DNA of 64,000 nt, from the IMG/VR virus record IMGVR_UViG_3300021599_000885; one strand, 5' to 3'. Under the pieces are notes generated by a model. That model was given only the letters and a program-made list of their open reading frames with translations, had not been told where the DNA came from and searched no databases. Made by a program: the position numbers and the translations under genes. Shown piece after piece: positions 40,801 through 48,771 of this stretch (its first letter is position 1; the number at the start of each line of letters is the position of its first letter). The stretch comes from a virus.

Positions 40801-43759
40801 AAGTTGATAAACCAGTTACTGCTGTCCCATCGGTTGTGTAAACAACAACATCACCATCAGCAAAACCGTGGTTTTCAAATATGATTGAATTCTCAACCGT
40901 TGAAATATTTTCAGATTTAACTTTAAGTTTTCTATTTTGGTATCCACTTCCCGAATTGATAACCTTAATGGAATTGAGAGTTTTCTTATCCTCATACATT
41001 CTAAACTTATGAATACCCTGAGAAGTTGTAGTAAATCCTACTGTATTAATCCCACTTGAGTAATTCGCAAAAGATTCATATAGTTTGATTGAGGTATTAT
41101 TTACCAATTCTGCAAAATAAACGGAACCACTATTCAATGACAGATCTTGGTGAGTATTACTTCCACCAAATGTTCCAACGCCAATAGAATTATTTCCATT
41201 TCTGCTATAGACAATAGCATCACCATTTCTCAGGTTATGAGGCTTTGTAAATGTGATTGTCTCATCTGAGATGTTAATCCCACCACCATCAGATGTTAAA
41301 CGTGCATCAAACTCAATCTCACGATATCTTGTTCCAACAACAGGTTCCAGAATAGCACCAGATCCATTACCACCATCAATAGTAACAGATATTACATCCT
41401 TAATATCAAAATCTTGGGGATCTACTTTAACCTCTTTTACGTTACCTTTTACAACTGGTCTAACCAACGCAGTTGTACATCCAACTCCTGGAGAAGAAAT
41501 AACAATCTCTGGTGGAGAAATAACATCATAATTCGTTCCACCATTATAGAGTCGAATTTTTTCTATTGGACCATAGTAAATCTTATCGGTCGATTTGTAG
41601 TTGATAATTTCAACTCCGTTGACCAGCATACCAGTTGATTCTGGTGGAGTTGAAGAACCTTTACCATTTTGAATATTTCTACTCAATGGAAACTTCTTAA
41701 GAAGTTTTTGTGGGTAAATATATCTACTCTTTTGAGATGATAATGTAAATGTATGGGATCCAGTAGCACTACTAGAAGTAAACTCAATAGGATTATCACT
41801 AACAATTAGTGATCTTGATGCATATAATTTGATTTGGTTTGTTAAAGGAAGGACTTTAACGTAGTAGTATCCTTCACTGAGACCATTCAGTGCTGCTGAT
41901 GAATAGGTGTAATAAACTTCATCCCCAGTAATGAATGGAACGTTGCTAGCAAAAGAAAGAATCGAATACTTTTCGGTCTCTGTATTGTATCCTTGTAGAG
42001 CACTTCCACTTGCTGATGTTATTGTTGCTTTAGAAATATCTTCACTAATATCATATGATGGTAGTGAGTTTGAAGCAACATATCCATATCCACTACGATC
42101 TGTGTAAACGTTCTGAACATCACTAGTGATGGTGTTATCGCCATAGAAGATCTCAGTTCCACTACTAGATGCAGTGTTTAACTTTCTCCTAATTGTGTAG
42201 ATAACTGTAGGACTAGCAGTGAATCCGCTGAGATTATTGAGTGTTATCTGCCTGTTTACTGCATCAATAGTAGCGACAGTAGCATTGCTATGAAGAACGG
42301 TTTCTGTTACTCCATTAAGAATATCTACAGTATCTCCTACTTTAAGACTTGACTTATCTATTTCAGTCTTTAATTGGAAATTTGAACCACTAATACTATC
42401 AACATCAAATCTTGAGCTGGTATTGTAAATCCAACTGTTAGCAAATATTTCTTTATTAGTCTTGTTTGCACTTGGATTTAAGATTTTTTCACCAACATTC
42501 TTGGTATAAATCTTTTGACCTTCAGTAGAAAGTAAAATATCACCTATTGGTTCAAATTCAGACAATACACCTGTAATACGAAGTTCTACTTTCTTGGTAG
42601 TATCACCATTCTCATATCCATAAAATACTTCATCAGTTCTAAGATTTGCCTTTGTTGGAATTGCAACAGTAACACCTGTGCATCCTAAGAACTGGTTTAC
42701 AGTCTTAGACGTATATTCAATAGCATTGGTTCCAAAAACAACCCTGCCAGTATCAGCAAATCCTACTGTAGAATCTACAGTGATTACAGAAGATCCAACA
42801 GATACTGCGCTAATAACTTTTGTCTGTGGTTGAATTTCAAATGTACCTTCAATAAGGTCTCTATCATCAAATCCAACAAACAGACCAAGTTTAAAATATG
42901 TGCTAATACCAGATCTGGTGAAGATTTCTACTTCCGATACAGACGCTTTAGTTTCTGAATCTGATGATTTTATTATCGTTTGTCCAACCAGATTGTTTGG
43001 ATCACCAGAAATTCTTTCTGCAACAACAACTTCTCTTCTGATAAACTGTGCAGAAGATGGTTTTACAAGATATTCTTCTAGGTCAACTACCTGAGGAACA
43101 ACGCCATATAGAACTTTAAATAGTATCTTATATGATTCTTCCGTTCCTTTTGCTTCATAGAGACTTCTTGCTTCTTTTATGAAGTTATTAACATCAAGAT
43201 TGGGTACAAAATCAACATTCTCAAGACCTGGTGTGAAGGAATACTTGAGTTTATTATAAAATTCTTTAAGAAAACGGGTACTTAGGTTCTCTACAGAACT
43301 TCCAGAATCGTGAGATGCTGATGATGACGTACTAAACAGCAGTTCTTCTGGGTCTAAATCTGTTTTATATGTGGTAATACCACTAAATCCTCTAATACAT
43401 CCAGTAAAAGAGTTTGTAGTGATACCAGTATAGGTAAAAATCTCATTGTCGATCTTAAACAGACCATACTCATGAGGAAATCCTTTTGTAGATGCAACTC
43501 GAACAGTCTCATCGGTTGATGAAATACCAACAGAAAGAGTAGTCTCACCAATAATTACTTCTGGAGTTAGATTGTCTAACTTCAAATACTGATCAAGATT
43601 ATCTGAAAGGTCTGATGGACCAGACTGATATTCTTGAGAGATGTAATATTGTTTTAGAAAATCTACTGTTTTTGGACTTTCTGAAAGTATGAATTCTGGT
43701 AGTTGACTTTCAATTATTTGCTGAACTTTTACCCTCTTCTCAAAGCCCGTTTGTATCAT
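31880..43759 (-). CDS. g7: Baseplate wedge initiator gp7 (very large, multidomain)
   Basis: 3959 aa between g6 and g8; QLPEFI..FLKQYY, LYEAKGTEESYKILF, LLHSSGLKNFAD; internal YHYH-like segment. Confidence 0.88.
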   Translation of the reverse strand: MIQTGFEKRVKVQQIIESQLPEFILSESPKTVDFLKQYYISQEYQSGPSDLSDNLDQYLKLDNLTPEVIIGETTLSVGISSTDETVRVASTKGFPHEYGLFKIDNEIFTYTGITTNSFTGCIRGFSGITTYKTDLDPEELLFSTSSSASHDSGSSVENLSTRFLKEFYNKLKYSFTPGLENVDFVPNLDVNNFIKEARSLYEAKGTEESYKILFKVLYGVVPQVVDLEEYLVKPSSAQFIRREVVVAERISGDPNNLVGQTIIKSSDSETKASVSEVEIFTRSGISTYFKLGLFVGFDDRDLIEGTFEIQPQTKVISAVSVGSSVITVDSTVGFADTGRVVFGTNAIEYTSKTVNQFLGCTGVTVAIPTKANLRTDEVFYGYENGDTTKKVELRITGVLSEFEPIGDILLSTEGQKIYTKNVGEKILNPSANKTNKEIFANSWIYNTSSRFDVDSISGSNFQLKTEIDKSSLKVGDTVDILNGVTETVLHSNATVATIDAVNRQITLNNLSGFTASPTVIYTIRRKLNTASSSGTEIFYGDNTITSDVQNVYTDRSGYGYVASNSLPSYDISEDISKATITSASGSALQGYNTETEKYSILSFASNVPFITGDEVYYTYSSAALNGLSEGYYYVKVLPLTNQIKLYASRSLIVSDNPIEFTSSSATGSHTFTLSSQKSRYIYPQKLLKKFPLSRNIQNGKGSSTPPESTGMLVNGVEIINYKSTDKIYYGPIEKIRLYNGGTNYDVISPPEIVISSPGVGCTTALVRPVVKGNVKEVKVDPQDFDIKDVISVTIDGGNGSGAILEPVVGTRYREIEFDARLTSDGGGINISDETITFTKPHNLRNGDAIVYSRNGNNSIGVGTFGGSNTHQDLSLNSGSVYFAELVNNTSIKLYESFANYSSGINTVGFTTTSQGIHKFRMYEDKKTLNSIKVINSGSGYQNRKLKVKSENISTVENSIIFENHGFADGDVVVYTTDGTAVTGLSTSLRYKVLKISDSTFKLANAGVGGTITADYTKRLPVSITGVGTGFQNFAYPDITISVNTEYDGITGVITATPIIRGEIVDLYLYETGTGYGTTILNFHKRPDIKIKNGKDAELKPLISSGSIVSVQVTSGGSEYTSAPDLTVSGDGVGAKLRAMVSGGKITNVVVINPGVGYSQNTTSITVTPAGRNGNVEASVRALTLNNHYRFGDEILLETNGELGYGLVGYTTSIGSSQFGDDGTSHSPIIGWAYDGNPIYGAYAYADPSDINSGIKILSNGYEESTSDIVDRPIGFTAGFFVEDYKFTSSGDLDEHNGRYAKTPEFPNGVYAYHVGITSDGKNSKFPYFIGHTYRSTPITQNIDQGYNFNNSELTRNTFPYKIGDKYANNDFISESYETLMQSAVIDSITKGSVDGFVINESGANYRVGDIASFDSTDTNGGGLSAYVGSVTGKSIVDVNTTIQTYQSNVLTWDNSNQVSVHVDPYHTFLENDQIVISGLSTFVPGLTKTHKIGVTSETTRLVAEVAANSTVGFVTDIFVISIPSTVSAGTTVAIGTERMSVLNTYPENKVIRVIRGVTGSAHTAHTDVFVSTNRFTLPVKTSYFDSSVNDKIYFNPIQSVGIGTTTGSASSNTYLVGGRAKTVSVPVQSIYLPDHPFKTGQQVTFERVNGTHGINVSNTETSPAFGIPLTGDSETLYVIKKSDDIVGLCTQVGLTTNTEGLYFRSFIENGDSNDYRYSFTSNKTQVTARAEKIKARVSVSTDHNLTNGDTIKLSLNSQQSVGVGTSASVYVKYNSTHDRLLVNPIGFNSTSVNTSTGELTITKHGLKTGDKVFYNASDLVVSGLSTGTYFVYRIDDDTINLTTTIYDAVSTPPSIVSFASTGGSSQELSRINPQLEVVRDNNLVFNVSDTSLSGYKLKLFYDSDFKNELVSIGSSTTFSTSGVGTVGVTTTATFTLNYHKDLPSKIYYQLEKSGFISTADTDVKNYNEILLVDSRYNGTYAVSGVGTTTFDISLRGVPEDLDYNQSSTSVLKYSTSSPRALGGVDSMKITFGGANYKKLPRFVSIASSIGDNADIIPTSTKLGRINQITIQDPGFDFSADKTLNPEVYISPNITVVNRNEISNINVTSGGSGYTSAPDLVIVNPATGRAYDTGLVIAKVQGAAISSVEIIESPRGISELKSQIYSVNNSNGVGINSIFTSQAGIITCIISTPVAGFTTATAPFSVGDYVFVEGVSLASTTGTGFNSEDYSYNFFEVTAYRNTNPAEVEYDISPYATNAGVANTDQNSFAFLVNRNNYPTFDVTQEPLAFIIGETVFTKSGNTYTERDLIITDNLNDSIKVYGTYTLSVGEVIVGKDSGTVATIDSVEENKGIFKVNYGLNTDYGWSDDIGKLNEDYQVLPDNDYYQNLSYTIKSPIEYEDWIDPVNRLLHSSGLKNFADTGITSTGRVSAATSNGSTSTALVDIINLNADGSTMRVDAINFFDFGIDTDVSSNKSKFVKLQNKKLSDYIECRTNRVLTIDNFNSQFSNAEDANTTLYKDIDSFIANDGYSRYFVQIINPNTADRQSTEIVILNTADDDLITVEKSSVYNTESQLADLQAIKDSFGNVKLRFTPVDPYESDFDIKFIKTNFNTTLAGINTQSIGFVDLIGSNVTVGVGSTSTVYEKTTGTAESLFAIVELTDTVTKNKAVVDMFIDHDGTNTYKSDFFFDNSSGSGASNNFIGTFISSIDSGVLSLKFENTESNEVLVRSSVVGFGTTASGIGTYIFKASGQPDNLVKEGRLESNYSVFSGTGISTVSTYSRLDVTTVKTTAKVSYGSTSALHQIVFEHNNIDTFTVQYPYLSVESTTGIGTFGSEISGDDFNLVFYPDSNISDDITVQTYSEIIQTEKDLNNVPAVLSYGTINQRLVTNQFDSINGDRTNRFDFDVTHNGVPIFEKQFNPGISTVVNLGTGVFTLNDHFFSTGERLIYTPRSSFVGGAYTAMVMSDTNILPVDVYAIKINNNQFKLATSKSNANAGVAVTFNSAGTGNAHTLEMSKKLEKSLITIDGVARSPLAFTPINHTLSDNGGSISVGATYFGVSGISSILPGDVLKIDDEFVKVDAVGIGTTTIGPITGTGSFSVIKSERGFVGTLATTHTDGTTVRVYQGSYNMTRSKIHFTEAPRGNTQELVDESNIPYTKSSFTGRVYLRQDYSTNQIYDNITRQFTGIGATYRLTVGGANTTGIETGSGLVFINNMFQTPTTNNNAGGNYSFIENAGISSIVFTGVNNASFISDYDVNQNLLPRGGLIVSLGSTQGLGFAPLVGAAVTAVVSGGVIQSVGIGSTDIVGSGYRGTVSIGVTDSSHTGTAASITATVGAGGTLSFTVVDGGSGYSSNPTIQIPEPNYENLPIVGVSRLGIGATTDTGSGLLLNVEVGAAVTNVGIGSTLFEIKNFKITRPGWGFRKGDKFKPVGLVTAKDLAAPINDFELEVLDVFSDNFAAWQFGELDYIDSIASLQNGIRTRFPLQYNGELLSFEVDSNNIDSAAIDLEALLLIYIDGVLQEPNVNYNFEGGTSIVFTTAPKEDDKVDIFFYMGTRDTDSISVNVNETIKVGDSIQLQKTKTSEVQDPRTIYNINASDKVETNIYGGLGIDDTNYKPFSWTKQKVDKNLGGELIYKSRDSIEGQVYPTAKIIGDLSTSGTEIFVDDAQFFNYEENESAITIASVNGIIVNTTTDPVAAAITAVVSAAGTISSFTITSGGSGYVGSSTDVKISAPKAVGVGVGTTATATATVSNGSITAITVVNPGFGYTHTAAPQVLTSTPTISFETITGINAVAGFAGTVTGIGTTVGTGGNPLALKFTLNASSFTGLQEGYPIYVFNTSIGNGVTSINGSDSSVVGVGTTFLDNIYIINSFHSSATTGVATCNILSTTPITGLSTTGSATDPRGHFSWGRLSGFTRASSPVSIGVTGLTVDSGLSTFPSIQRRGYGLRDGGALRKDLG

Positions 43760-43760
43760 T

Positions 43761-45641
43761 TTATCCCCTCTTTAGTTCTCCGTTTGAATAACTTGAAGTA
43801 ACTTTATAACCGACGCCAGAAATCTGTTCGCCAGATGTTATAGTATCTTTAACCATATTTATGGTGCTATCAGCAACAGAAAAGGATAGATATAGATCCT
43901 TTAGACCGATAATATCATTAGACTCTGGGAACGCCTGAATTTCGATAATATTGTTAGCAACCACCGTAGAAGTGATGTTTAAAGTGTTGAGAGTTATCTC
44001 ACCCTTAGTGTAATCTACGGTGCCTGCAGACTTCACTACGATCTCATACTTACCAGTCTCGTTAATATCCTTAACGATGGAAATAACGCCCTTCCCGTTG
44101 CTTCCGGGCACATCTGTGAAGTAGAATGTTCCTATTCTACCAGCAAGAGTAAATCCAGTACTCTTAATATTGAATCCATCCTTATTGATATGGAACTTGT
44201 TACCATAACACAGTTCATACTGTGCTGATTGATTAATCAGTGCCTTTAGATTTCTACGGATAATGACTCTTGTGATGTTTGAAGTGATCGCATTATCGGA
44301 ATTATCAATAGTCTGACACAATCTACTATACTTAAATCTACCACCAAACTGGTTGATATTTGCTTTTGCAAAAGTATTCAGAATCGAAATTACTTTAGTC
44401 TTCAAGGCATTGACGTTTGTAACCTGAGAGCTGTTATAATAGACTCCAGAGTTAATTTCAACATAAAGAACCTTAAGATCAGTGATTCTTTGGTTGATAC
44501 CAGAAAGTGAATAATCTTTCAGTTTTGAAAGAATATTTTGCTTATCAAAATCCGAAACAAAGTCGCCATTCTTTGGTTTAATGCTAATAATGACGTTTCC
44601 AAACTGTGGTGGGTCCAACTCTTCGCCACCAACAACAGAAACAGACTCTGTATTTGGATAAATCTGTTGAATAATCGCTTCATAGTCACGAGTCGTCACT
44701 GCTCTATGCTGAGAAGCGTAAATTCTTGGTGCAAAGTACTTAATTGAGTCAACACTTTCAATTGCACTACCGTTTGCTGCTGCATTTACGGTTGTAACGC
44801 TAATTGCATTGGTTGGGATGATCGGATTTCCCAAAGAATCTAAAAATCTACCGGAGAATGAGAAATTAGCAGCACCATTTCCATCTTCACCATCAGTAAT
44901 GATGTAAGAAACGGTAATAATAGTGCCACTTTCTAATTTTTTACCAAAATATCCGTCTCCAAACAAAAGTTCATACTTTTCATCCTGAACTTCCTGAATC
45001 AAATAGATTTCTGAGGTCTTGTTAATATTTAAAATGTTATCAACACGGGAATATTCTCTTCCTTCACCACTATCAGAGAGTCCTTTGACTTTTACGACGA
45101 TAGTTGAAGTGTCAATAAAGGAATTATCAAGGACAAAACGCTGATCAAGTGATCCATCAACCACAAATTGCTTCTTGAGGTATGTCCCTTGGTAGATCGT
45201 AATACTATTGAAAGAACCAGTACCAGAATTGATGGTTGTAGTAATGCTTTCTGGTATTGAGAAGATATAATTGCTGTTTTCTGCTGTTCCTACACACACT
45301 AGACCCGCCTCTAAGGTCATTGTATCCGATGATGAGGTAGTTTGTGCGTTCAAACTAATTGTTGCCTTAGCGGCGTTCCTAGAGCGAGGTACATAACCAA
45401 TATTTCTTGCGAGAGAAACGACATTTTCTCTCAAAGTTGCCGAATCCAAGAAGGATTCGTTGACTACCATATTCGCATTGAACGCATTAATATAACTATT
45501 ATACGCTAGAGTGTCGATTAAGACAGAAAAATTAGACCCCTCAAAGTCAAAATCCGTGAAATTTGAGTTAGCACGGAGATAATCTTTGATCGAGGTCCTT
45601 ATTTGGTCAAAATCGAGGTTCGTAAACTTTGTAAAAGGCAT
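43761..45641 (-). CDS. g6: Baseplate wedge subunit gp6
   Basis: LDFDQI...DFDFEGSN, ESFLDSATLRENVVSLAR, QHRAVTTRDY. Confidence 0.97.
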   Translation of the reverse strand: MPFTKFTNLDFDQIRTSIKDYLRANSNFTDFDFEGSNFSVLIDTLAYNSYINAFNANMVVNESFLDSATLRENVVSLARNIGYVPRSRNAAKATISLNAQTTSSSDTMTLEAGLVCVGTAENSNYIFSIPESITTTINSGTGSFNSITIYQGTYLKKQFVVDGSLDQRFVLDNSFIDTSTIVVKVKGLSDSGEGREYSRVDNILNINKTSEIYLIQEVQDEKYELLFGDGYFGKKLESGTIITVSYIITDGEDGNGAANFSFSGRFLDSLGNPIIPTNAISVTTVNAAANGSAIESVDSIKYFAPRIYASQHRAVTTRDYEAIIQQIYPNTESVSVVGGEELDPPQFGNVIISIKPKNGDFVSDFDKQNILSKLKDYSLSGINQRITDLKVLYVEINSGVYYNSSQVTNVNALKTKVISILNTFAKANINQFGGRFKYSRLCQTIDNSDNAITSNITRVIIRRNLKALINQSAQYELCYGNKFHINKDGFNIKSTGFTLAGRIGTFYFTDVPGSNGKGVISIVKDINETGKYEIVVKSAGTVDYTKGEITLNTLNITSTVVANNIIEIQAFPESNDIIGLKDLYLSFSVADSTINMVKDTITSGEQISGVGYKVTSSYSNGELKRG

Positions 45642-45645
45642 CTTT

Positions 45646-46047
45646 TTATCTGGTAGCCTCTAATAAGAATGTAAATTGCTGAGCAGGAACGTCTTGACCG
45701 ATGATATTATACAAAACTGTGACTTCAAACGTGTTATTATCGGGTTGAGGATCGACTTCTACCCTAACATTGTTGACTCTTGGTTCAAAATTTTCGATTG
45801 TAGTCAGAATTTGCTCTTGAATTACGGTAGCAGTACCAAAATCAACGAAATCGAACAGACTTGAACGCACATCTGACCCTAAAAGTGGTTGAAAAAAACG
45901 TTCATTTGGTATTGTCTGTACTAAATTACGAATCGAACGAGTAATTGCTGCCTCATTTTTGAGAATAGGCAGATCCTTGGTCACAGGATGTGGATCAAAA
46001 GACAAACTAATGTCCTTAAATGCTCTAGAAACCCGTGAGATCGCCAT
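45646..46047 (-). CDS. g25: Baseplate wedge subunit gp25
   Basis: AITRSIRNLV...ERFFQP..GS, IENFEPRV. Confidence 0.95.
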   Translation of the reverse strand: MAISRVSRAFKDISLSFDPHPVTKDLPILKNEAAITRSIRNLVQTIPNERFFQPLLGSDVRSSLFDFVDFGTATVIQEQILTTIENFEPRVNNVRVEVDPQPDNNTFEVTVLYNIIGQDVPAQQFTFLLEATR

Positions 46048-46078
46048 TTGTCAAGAAGTTTTCTTGCTTTATTTATAT

Positions 46079-46330
46079 TTACATCCAAGGATTGCCATAT
46101 GTTGGCTCCGTTCCATAGTCCCAATCATCATAATCTTCATCATTACGAATCTTTTCGTGAAGTTCAGACTGTTTTTTTAGGTCGTGACGAGGCGCAAGGT
46201 CGTGCATGACCTCTGTTAGTACTCTTTTTTGATTTAAATTCTGCATTGAACCATAATCTGAGGCGAGTTTCGTGGTTCCCCACATCTCTCTCATGTAGTC
46301 TTTGTTCCTATCGACAGGTGATTGTCCCAT
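46079..46330 (-). CDS. Hypothetical protein
   Basis: 83 aa with an AGGAG SD and a late-type promoter upstream. Confidence 0.75.
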   Translation of the reverse strand: MGQSPVDRNKDYMREMWGTTKLASDYGSMQNLNQKRVLTEVMHDLAPRHDLKKQSELHEKIRNDEDYDDWDYGTEPTYGNPWM

Positions 46331-46333
46331 TTT

Positions 46334-46395
46334 AGCTCCTGATTTATAAAAATCAGAACTTTTAGAGGGGTTGCTATCCCTTACTACTATTTATT
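46334..46395 (-). promoter_or_regulatory. Late-type promoter plus two-hairpin leader that sequesters the SD
   Basis: AATAAATA; then AGGGATAGCAACCCCT; then AGTTCTGATTT-TTAT-AAATCAGGAGCT just before the ATG. Confidence 0.55.
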
Positions 46396-46987
46396 TTACC
46401 CAAAAACCTTTTCTAAGGTAATCGGAATCATAAATGAACTCATGATCATCATATTTTTTTTTATCCGAGTCATTCCAAACTGGTATTGCTACACTATTTC
46501 CATACCTAAAGTCTGGGTTTTGGCGAAAGTGAACTTCAATGAGACGATTTCCTATAAATTCGCAGTTGATCCACTCATAGTTACCCCTCAATTTTTTTAA
46601 AATACTAGGAAAAGGAATGGTAACGTCAACTTTTTTCCACATATCCCATCTATAAAGTGGATTCATCTCATCCCTTGTACCCAAAACTGCTAATTTTTGT
46701 TCTTCATTTTGGTAATCTACACTGATATGATTTCCTTCAAAAATTTCGCACCAAAATTCCGATGGATGATAAGGGTCTGTATACTTATGGATATACTCTT
46801 TACGAGCATAACGACCCATACCAAGTAAGTTCATACTAGGTCTTAAAATATAAAAATCGGGTCTAGGTACACTTGTGCCTATAGGACCACAAGTATAACC
46901 CAAAACCCGACTTAATATCAACTTATTGTATACCCAAAGGTCTTCAGAATGTATTTGGTTCCATTCATCATCACCTTCTAAGTACAT
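46391..46987 (-). CDS. Hypothetical protein, possibly ATP-grasp-like
   Basis: ILRPSMNLLGMG, WCEIFEGNHISVD, INCEF...IEVHFR pattern; the fold call is tentative. Confidence 0.6.
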   Translation of the reverse strand: MYLEGDDEWNQIHSEDLWVYNKLILSRVLGYTCGPIGTSVPRPDFYILRPSMNLLGMGRYARKEYIHKYTDPYHPSEFWCEIFEGNHISVDYQNEEQKLAVLGTRDEMNPLYRWDMWKKVDVTIPFPSILKKLRGNYEWINCEFIGNRLIEVHFRQNPDFRYGNSVAIPVWNDSDKKKYDDHEFIYDSDYLRKGFWVK

Positions 46988-47136
46988 TATCCCTTACCTT
47001 GTCCGCGATACTTTTTACGCGCCTTATTACGAGAAGAGGAAGCGTATTTAGTACCCATTCCATCTCCTTGACGAGACTTTTTAGGCGGACCAGGAATATA
47101 AGAACTTTTATTCAGTCCTACTTTTGCCTTAGCCAT
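46987..47136 (-). CDS. Small, highly basic 49-aa protein
   Basis: Hand-translated MAKAKVGLNKSSYIPGPPKKSRQGDGMGTKYASSSRNKARKKYRGQGKG*; AAGGAG SD; fills the gap between neighbours. Confidence 0.8.
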   Translation of the reverse strand: MAKAKVGLNKSSYIPGPPKKSRQGDGMGTKYASSSRNKARKKYRGQGKG

Positions 47137-47302
47137 GATAATTCTCCTTAATAATTTCAGTGTCTAATTCATCAGGTCTTGGAGATCCTGTCTGATAGAA
47201 CTCTATCGACAGGTCCTCCATTATATTGAAATACTCTTCCTCAGTCAAGCGGGAGTATAATTTCTTCCCCCTACAATAGATATTGTAAAGTTCGTTAGAC
47301 AT
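47129..47302 (-). CDS. Hypothetical protein (MSNELYNIY...)
   Basis: Start taken at the ATG overlapping the upstream stop codon. Confidence 0.7.
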   Translation of the reverse strand: MSNELYNIYCRGKKLYSRLTEEEYFNIMEDLSIEFYQTGSPRPDELDTEIIKENYHG

Positions 47303-48057
47303 CAAATGATCCTTGTCTTTTCGTGACCAACTCTGATACGAGGATCGCACCAGATTTCAAAGCCTGCTTCCTTTGCATCCAAACAGAACGATACATCTTC
47401 TCCACACATATCCTGTACGTCACCAGATTCAAAGACTTGCATCTTCGGAGCAAACCAGGGATACTTCATCTCTTCGTGCTCAAAGACTCCATGCTTAATC
47501 ATCAACCAACCAAATCCTGCATAATCAACAGTAAATGGTTTCTTACGCTTCGACATCGTTTCTAGCGTTTCATGATTCATGACTCCACCATTGTTCTTGA
47601 AGTCATCTTCTTCCATCCAGTGAGCAACAGAGGTCGTGTGCCCGTCTTCCGTACAATACCAACCACTGGCGATATCTTCATCCATCAATACTAATTGTAA
47701 AAACTTTTCAGTATTGAAAACAATATCAGAATCAATCCACAATTGATAATCATACTTTAGCTTGCCGTCCCAGGGAATCTGGTCAGGTCCACGAAGTACA
47801 TTCGCTCCTAGGCACTTGCATCTTGCGAAGTTGACCATCGAGGAGTAGTCTTGAGAAATTTGAATACTAGCACCACTCTGTACGATATCAAAACAGAGTT
47901 GTACAAAATTCTTTAAGAAGGTGTAAGAAACTCCACGCCCAGGCAGACAGAAGACGATTGATTTACCACGGATCATCTCCCGTGCCTTCTCATAATCGAA
48001 TTCGACTTCCTTGGTGACTGTCGGAGTCTTTGCTTTTACAGTAAATCCTTTAGCCAT
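47302..48057 (-). CDS. GT-A fold glycosyltransferase-like protein
   Basis: LWIDSDIV (DxD), GFGWLMIK, GEDVSFC, VGHEK; sigma70-like promoter TTGACC-17-TATGAT at 48081-48109. Confidence 0.75.
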   Translation of the reverse strand: MAKGFTVKAKTPTVTKEVEFDYEKAREMIRGKSIVFCLPGRGVSYTFLKNFVQLCFDIVQSGASIQISQDYSSMVNFARCKCLGANVLRGPDQIPWDGKLKYDYQLWIDSDIVFNTEKFLQLVLMDEDIASGWYCTEDGHTTSVAHWMEEDDFKNNGGVMNHETLETMSKRKKPFTVDYAGFGWLMIKHGVFEHEEMKYPWFAPKMQVFESGDVQDMCGEDVSFCLDAKEAGFEIWCDPRIRVGHEKTRII

Positions 48058-48127
48058 AAAACAGTGTAATTACATCGGTTATCATACAGCATTATCTATA
48101 TGAGGTCAAGCGCCGCGCCCTTGAGTA

Positions 48128-48325
48128 TCAAGTTCCCTTAACCTCAGTGATAATGATCGTTTCTCCATCAATCTCCATGTTCACTACAGTTCCCTCATAC
48201 CAACCAAATTCACTCAGCACCCATTCGGGGATATTAAAATAATACTCCCCAGTTATTGGATCGACCTCCACAGTCGTATAATTTTCTCCGGGATTTTTTT
48301 GCATTTGAGGTATTTGAATTTCCAT
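48128..48325 (-). CDS. AbrB/MazE-like DNA-binding protein
   Basis: GEYYFNIPEWVLSEFGWYEGTVVNMEIDGETIII swapped-hairpin signature. Confidence 0.7.
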   Translation of the reverse strand: MEIQIPQMQKNPGENYTTVEVDPITGEYYFNIPEWVLSEFGWYEGTVVNMEIDGETIIITEVKGT

Positions 48326-48357
48326 TTTTGTTTTATATAGAAAATCTTGAAATTGGA

Positions 48358-48401
48358 CTTTGAGTAAACCTTTGAGTAAACCTTTGAGTAAACCTTTGAG
48401 T
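48358..48401. repeat. 12-bp tandem repeat (CTTTGAGTAAAC) x3.7
   Basis: Units start at 48358, 48370 and 48382, with a partial unit at 48394. Confidence 0.95.
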
Positions 48402-48523
48402 CTTATAAAGAGCTAGCGATCGTAACACTTTGTAGGTTACAGGGACCCATGGGTTTTATATACACGCGCCGCGACCGCACGGGGGCGGCGGCGGGGGCAC
48501 TGCCCCCTCACGAACCCAGGGGG

Positions 48524-48706
48524 TCACCAGGCAGGCAGTGCCTCCTGTGCCTCATCAGCCCACACCTCAGCGAACTGACCCGCGATGGCGTAGGCACTGA
48601 TGCCCAACTGGGGCTGCAGGCCCGAACCGATGGCGGAGTCGTCGTTGCAGCGGGCGGTCCACACGATCTGACGGGTACGGAGGTCGGAGGATTGGGAGAG
48701 GATCAT
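48524..48706 (-). CDS. Small early-region hypothetical protein
   Basis: 60 aa with a TAGGAT -10 box upstream. Confidence 0.65.
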   Translation of the reverse strand: MILSQSSDLRTRQIVWTARCNDDSAIGSGLQPQLGISAYAIAGQFAEVWADEAQEALPAW

Positions 48707-48771
48707 GGGTCTGTCGGTTGAACTGAGAGTATCCTACAGCATCAGGGGGCACGAAGGTCCCCCCGTTACAA

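Noticed and set aside
48421-48441. NtcA box in GTAACACTTTGTAGGTTAC
   Set aside because: The spacing is GTA-N13-TAC rather than GTA-N8-TAC.
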